Positions 59,940 to 64,000 of a DNA stretch of 64,000 nt are shown piece after piece. The stretch spans positions 2,112,001-2,176,000 of the forward strand of contig CAVYGB010000002.1 in assembly GCA_963767925.1 (NCBI GenBank), in the 5' to 3' direction. The notes under the pieces were generated by a model, which made no database searches, had not been told where the DNA came from, and saw nothing but the letters and a program-made list of their open reading frames with translations. How positions within the stretch are numbered: the stretch's first letter is position 1; every line of letters starts with the position of its first letter. Origin of the DNA: an uncultured delta proteobacterium (GTDB lineage Bacteria > Myxococcota_A > Polyangia > Fen-1088). The position numbers were made by a program, and so were the translations under genes.

Positions 59940-61768
59940 GCGCCCCGCCGCGCCCGGGCGATCCCGATCCCGACGAGCCGGAGGTCGACCGCCGCCCGCT
60001 CGACGCCGGCCTCATCCGCCGCCTGCTCGCCTTCACCCGCCCTCACGCCCGCAAGCGCAACCTCCTGTTCGGGCTCGTCGTCCTGCGCGCCATCCAGCTC
60101 CCGGCGCTGGGCTGGGCGGTGGGGGCGGTGCTGTCGGGGCCCATCGCCAACCTCGACGGCCCCGGCACCCTGCTGGGCGCGGTGGGGTTCTTCGTGCTCG
60201 CCCTCAGCACCGAGCTGAACTTCCACTTCCGGGTGCGCCTGGCCCTCGAGTTCGGCGAGTCGATGGTGCACGACCTGCGCAACCGGGTGTACCAGCACCT
60301 GCTGGCCATGCCGGTCAGCTACTTCCAGGCCCGCACCGGCCGGGTGGGGCGCCTCATCAGCCGCACCATCTCCGACGTCGACGCCATCCGGGTGGGCGTG
60401 CAGGACGTGGCCTTCGCCGGCGTGGTCCAGCTCGGCACCATGATCGGCGCCGCCGCCCTCATGATCTACCACGACGCCCTGCTGTTCCTCGTGGTGCTGG
60501 CCCTGGTGCCCCTGCTCTGGCGCCTCATCGCCCACTTCCGCCGCAAGCTCGAGAGCGCCCACCGCGCCGTCCACGAGAGCTACTCCAAGGTCACCTCCAC
60601 CCTGGCCGAGTCGGTCACCGGCGTGAAGGTGACCCAGGGCTACGTGCGCGAAGACATCAACGGCGGCCTGTTCCGCCAGCTCATCGATCTGCACTCCCGC
60701 AACAACATGGAGGTCGTGCGCCACTCCTCGGTCTTCCTGCCGATGCTCGAGTTCAACGGGCAGGTCTTCATCGCCACCTTGCTGGCGGTGGGCGGCGCCC
60801 AGGCGCTGGCCGGGGACGTCGAGATCGGGGCCCTCGTGCAGTTCCTCTTCCTGGCCAACCTGTTCTTCAACCCCATCCCCGTGCTCGGCACCCTCTACAA
60901 CCAGGCGCTCACCGCGATGGCCGGGGCCGAGCGGGTGTTCAAGCTGCTCGACACGCCCCCCGCCTGGGCCGACGCCCCCGACGCCCAGCCGCCGCCGCCC
61001 GTCGAGGGGCGGGTCGAGTTCCGGCGGGTCACCTTCGGCTACGGCCAGGCCCCGCCCGCCCTGCGCGAGGTCAGCTTCCTGGCCGAGCCGGGCCAGACCA
61101 TCGCCCTGGTCGGCCCCACCGGCAGCGGCAAGAGCACCATCTTGTCGCTCATCGCGAAGTTCCACCTGCCCGGCAGCGGCGAGATCCTCATCGACGGCCG
61201 CGACCTGCGCGCGCTCACCGGCGACGGCCTGCGCCGGCAGATGGGCACCGTCCTGCAGAACAACTTCCTCTTTTCGGGCACCGTGCTCGACAACATCCGC
61301 ATCGGCCGCCCCGACGCGGGCGACGAGGAGATCCGCGCCGCCGCCGCCCGCCTCGGCGTCCTCGACCTGATCGAGGACCTGCCCCGGGGGCTCGACACCC
61401 GCATCGGCGAGAAGGGGGGCGGCCTGTCGCTGGGGCAGCGCCAGATCGTCTGCTTCTGCCGGGCCATGGTGGCCGACCCGCGCATCCTCCTGCTCGACGA
61501 GGCAACCAGCGCGGTCGACACCTTGACGGAGCTGCGGCTGCAGCGCGCGCTGGCCAAGCTGCTGCGCGGGCGCACCAGCTTCGTCGTGGCCCACCGCCTG
61601 TCGACAATCCGCCACGCCGACCGGCTGCTTGTCATCGAGGCCGGGCGCGTCGTCCAGACCGGCACCCACGCCGAGCTCGTCGCCCGCGACGGCCTGTACG
61701 CGTCGCTGCACCGCGCCTTCGTGCGCGCCACGGCGCCGAGCAGCGCGCCAGCGGTGGCGGAAAATTGA
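59936..61768 (+). CDS. ABC exporter subunit B
   Basis: GPTGSGKS, LSLGQRQ, LLDEATS; GTGA overlap with subunit A. Confidence 0.93.
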   Translation: MSAPPRPGDPDPDEPEVDRRPLDAGLIRRLLAFTRPHARKRNLLFGLVVLRAIQLPALGWAVGAVLSGPIANLDGPGTLLGAVGFFVLALSTELNFHFRVRLALEFGESMVHDLRNRVYQHLLAMPVSYFQARTGRVGRLISRTISDVDAIRVGVQDVAFAGVVQLGTMIGAAALMIYHDALLFLVVLALVPLLWRLIAHFRRKLESAHRAVHESYSKVTSTLAESVTGVKVTQGYVREDINGGLFRQLIDLHSRNNMEVVRHSSVFLPMLEFNGQVFIATLLAVGGAQALAGDVEIGALVQFLFLANLFFNPIPVLGTLYNQALTAMAGAERVFKLLDTPPAWADAPDAQPPPPVEGRVEFRRVTFGYGQAPPALREVSFLAEPGQTIALVGPTGSGKSTILSLIAKFHLPGSGEILIDGRDLRALTGDGLRRQMGTVLQNNFLFSGTVLDNIRIGRPDAGDEEIRAAAARLGVLDLIEDLPRGLDTRIGEKGGGLSLGQRQIVCFCRAMVADPRILLLDEATSAVDTLTELRLQRALAKLLRGRTSFVVAHRLSTIRHADRLLVIEAGRVVQTGTHAELVARDGLYASLHRAFVRATAPSSAPAVAEN

Positions 61769-61798
61769 CCAGCACCGCTTATGTAGGATACTTCCGAC

Positions 61799-62191
61799 AT
61801 GAGCGTACAGTTGCGGGCGGACCTGGCGTCGCTGATCGAACCCGAGCGACGGCTGGGCCCGCGGATGGCGGTCGAGATGTACCTGAACGCCTACGTCGAG
61901 GATTGCCCGCGGCGGGGCTTCACCATGAACATCAGCGAGCACGGGCTGTACCTGTTCACCCTGCCCGACAAGGGGCTGCCCCCCGGCAAGACCATCGGTC
62001 TGGAGTTCGCCCTGCCCGGGATCCGGGAGACGATCTGGGCGGCGGGCGAGGTTTGCTTCGATGAGAACGACGACTACTTTCAGGGGCAGGGGATTCGCTT
62101 CACCGCCATGGCCCAGCTCCACGCCCGCCTGATCCGCCACTTCTGCTGGCAGACCGCCGCGGGCATCCCCTCGATCGCGGGCGGACGGTGA
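61799..62191 (+). CDS. PilZ-domain protein
   Basis: ERRLGPR (RxxxR), NISEHG (NxSxxG), GIRF. Confidence 0.85.
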   Translation: MSVQLRADLASLIEPERRLGPRMAVEMYLNAYVEDCPRRGFTMNISEHGLYLFTLPDKGLPPGKTIGLEFALPGIRETIWAAGEVCFDENDDYFQGQGIRFTAMAQLHARLIRHFCWQTAAGIPSIAGGR

Positions 62192-63255
62192 CGGTCGCGG
62201 CGATCGATACGCGCGTCGAGGCCATCCCGCTCTCGCGCCCGTACACGATCGCCTTCCGCACGGTCACCGCCATCGAGACGGTGATCCTCCGGATCCGCGA
62301 CGCCGAGGGGCGGGTGGGCCTGGGGGCCGCCTCGCCCGAGCGGCACGTGACCGGCGAGACCGACACCGCTTGCCAGGAGGCGCTGGCCCCCGGCGCGCTG
62401 GGCTGGCTGATCGGGCGACCGCTGCACGGGCTGCCGGCGCTGGCCCGCGAGCTGGCCGCGCGGATCCCCGCCGCCCCCGCGGCCCGGGCGGCTGTCGACA
62501 TGGCGTTGCACGACCTGGCGGCGCAGCGGCTGGGCCTGCCGCTGTGCGATCTGCTGGGCCGGGCGCACGAGGAGCTGCCCACCTCGATCACCATCGGCAT
62601 CAAGTCGGCCGAGGAGACCCTGGCGGAGGCCGACGAATATGTCGGCCGCGGCTTCCTCTCGCTCAAGGTCAAGGTCGGCCGCGCGCTCGACGAGGACCTG
62701 GATCGGCTGCGCCGGCTGCGGGCCCACGTCGGGCCGGACATCCGGATGCGCGCCGACGCCAACCAGGGATATACCCTGGAGGAGACGGCGCGCTTCCTGG
62801 CCGCCACCCGCGCGCTCGACCTCGAGCTTGTCGAGCAGCCGGTGAAGGCGGCCGCCACCCGCTCGCTGTCCGCGCTGAGCGAGGCGGACCGCCGGTTGCT
62901 GTGCGCGGACGAGAGCTTGCTCGCGCCGCAGGACGCGCTGGCGCTGGCGGCGCCGCCGGCCCCGTGTGGAATTTTCAACATCAAGCTGATGAAGTGCGGC
63001 GGCGTCTGGCCCGCGCTGCAGATCGCTGCCATCGCCGAGCTCGCCGGCATCGGGCTCATGTGGGGCTGCATGGACGAGAGCCGGATCGGGATCAGTGCCG
63101 CTCTGCACGCGGCCTTCGCCTCGCCGGCCACGCGGTTTCTCGATCTCGATGGCAGCTTCGACCTCGCGCGCGACGTGGCGGAAGGCGGTTTCGTCCTGAA
63201 AAACGGCCGCCTGCGCACCACCTCCGCGCCGGGCCTCGGGCTGCGCGCGCTCTGA
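62188..63255 (+). CDS. Dipeptide (L-Ala-D/L-Glu) epimerase, enolase superfamily
   Basis: LKVKVG, DANQG, EQP, ADES, NIKLMKCGG, DLDG. Confidence 0.9.
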   Translation: MTVAAIDTRVEAIPLSRPYTIAFRTVTAIETVILRIRDAEGRVGLGAASPERHVTGETDTACQEALAPGALGWLIGRPLHGLPALARELAARIPAAPAARAAVDMALHDLAAQRLGLPLCDLLGRAHEELPTSITIGIKSAEETLAEADEYVGRGFLSLKVKVGRALDEDLDRLRRLRAHVGPDIRMRADANQGYTLEETARFLAATRALDLELVEQPVKAAATRSLSALSEADRRLLCADESLLAPQDALALAAPPAPCGIFNIKLMKCGGVWPALQIAAIAELAGIGLMWGCMDESRIGISAALHAAFASPATRFLDLDGSFDLARDVAEGGFVLKNGRLRTTSAPGLGLRAL

Positions 63256-63257
63256 GT

Positions 63258-63340
63258 ACAGCGCCAAACAGCGCCAAACAGCGCCAGCAACAGCGCAGAA
63301 AGCGCCAGAAAGCGCCAAACAGCGCCAGGCAGCGCCGACA
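63258..63340. repeat. Degenerate 10-bp tandem repeat (ACAGCGCCAA-like), about 8 units
   Basis: Directly visible after the epimerase stop codon. Confidence 0.85.
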
Positions 63341-63537
63341 CGCGAGACCACGCCCGCGCGCGACCCGAGACGCGCTCAGGACCGACTGGCGATCCCGCGG
63401 CGGGCGCGCCGCGCGCTGCGTCTGTCACGATTGGTGACTTGGAGATGTGCTAGCTTCGTCGATGGCTGGCGATCGGAGCTGCTGGCTTCAATCGCCCTCT
63501 AGAACACGGACTCGGGATGGGAGAGCTAACAAGCTGG

Positions 63538-64000
63538 ATGCTGGGTGATCTGACCCCCCGGGCGCGGGTTTACACCGCGCTCGCGCCGGCGTTGCTCGTC
63601 TCGGCCATCTTCGTCACCGGGTACTTCGCCTTCATCGTGCGCTCGCTGATCTGGGGCGTGCCCCGGCAGTACGAGACGGAGATCCGCGGCCGCACTGCCC
63701 TGATCGGCGCGCACCTGCGGGTCGCCTTCTTCTGGTTCATCAACCCGTTCTGGCGGCTGCTGCTGGCCTCCGGGCTGTCGGCCAACGCGGTCACCGGCAT
63801 CGCCGCGCTGATGGGCCTGGGGGCGGCGCTGGCGGCGGCGCTGGGCCGCTTCGCCCTGGCCGGCTGGCTGTTCATCTTCGCCGGCATCCTCGACGTGCTG
63901 GACGGGCGCCTGGCGCGCGCGCGCAAGGAGGCCACCCCGGCGGGCGCGGCCATCGACTCCATCCTCGATCGCTACACCGACTCGCTGATGCTGGTCGGGC
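63538..64000 (+). CDS. CDP-alcohol phosphatidyltransferase, 3'-truncated by window edge
   Basis: SANAVT, DVLDGRLAR...GAAIDSILDRYTD signature. Confidence 0.9.
   Translation, partial: MLGDLTPRARVYTALAPALLVSAIFVTGYFAFIVRSLIWGVPRQYETEIRGRTALIGAHLRVAFFWFINPFWRLLLASGLSANAVTGIAALMGLGAALAAALGRFALAGWLFIFAGILDVLDGRLARARKEATPAGAAIDSILDRYTDSLMLVG

Noticed and set aside
58083..62140. Long antisense ORFs (581 and 761 aa) and similar shadow ORFs across the window
   Set aside because: Opposite-strand shadows of well-supported genes, expected in high-GC DNA

Overview
High-GC bacterial DNA, probably from Myxococcota; this is inferred from the Hanks kinase, PilZ protein, split Wzc/Wzz genes and the myxobacterial-type ABC exporter ending LQAQGYR. 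About 1-51.5 kb is a mosaic surface-glycan biosynthesis and modification island. It carries a carbamoyltransferase, about 15 glycosyltransferase-like genes, two sulfotransferases, a sulfatase, GMC/AKR oxidoreductases, wecB, UDP-GlcA decarboxylase, a nucleotide-sugar dehydrogenase/epimerase pair and a kpsF-kdsA-kdsB Kdo cluster. The island shows many IS scars (IS5, IS1380, IS21 nested in IS3), duplications and pseudogenes. Three elements in it stand out: (i) a 56-aa RiPP-precursor-like ORF missed by the ORF track, with its own sigma70-like promoter and RBS, facing a cupin-like enzyme; (ii) a divergent ClpA/ClpP pair bracketing an ABC exporter and a ParB/Srx-fold gene; (iii) four ParB/Srx-fold genes, each placed directly behind the 3' tail of that same ABC exporter family. 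From about 51.7 kb the sequence looks more GC-rich and core-like: MmcQ/YjbR, Ser/Thr kinase, BY (pseudo)kinase with two co-polymerases, haem-binding protein, heterodimeric ABC exporter, PilZ, dipeptide epimerase and CDP-alcohol phosphatidyltransferase. No rRNA, tRNA or CRISPR array was recognised. All calls come from reading motifs by eye; no searches were run.
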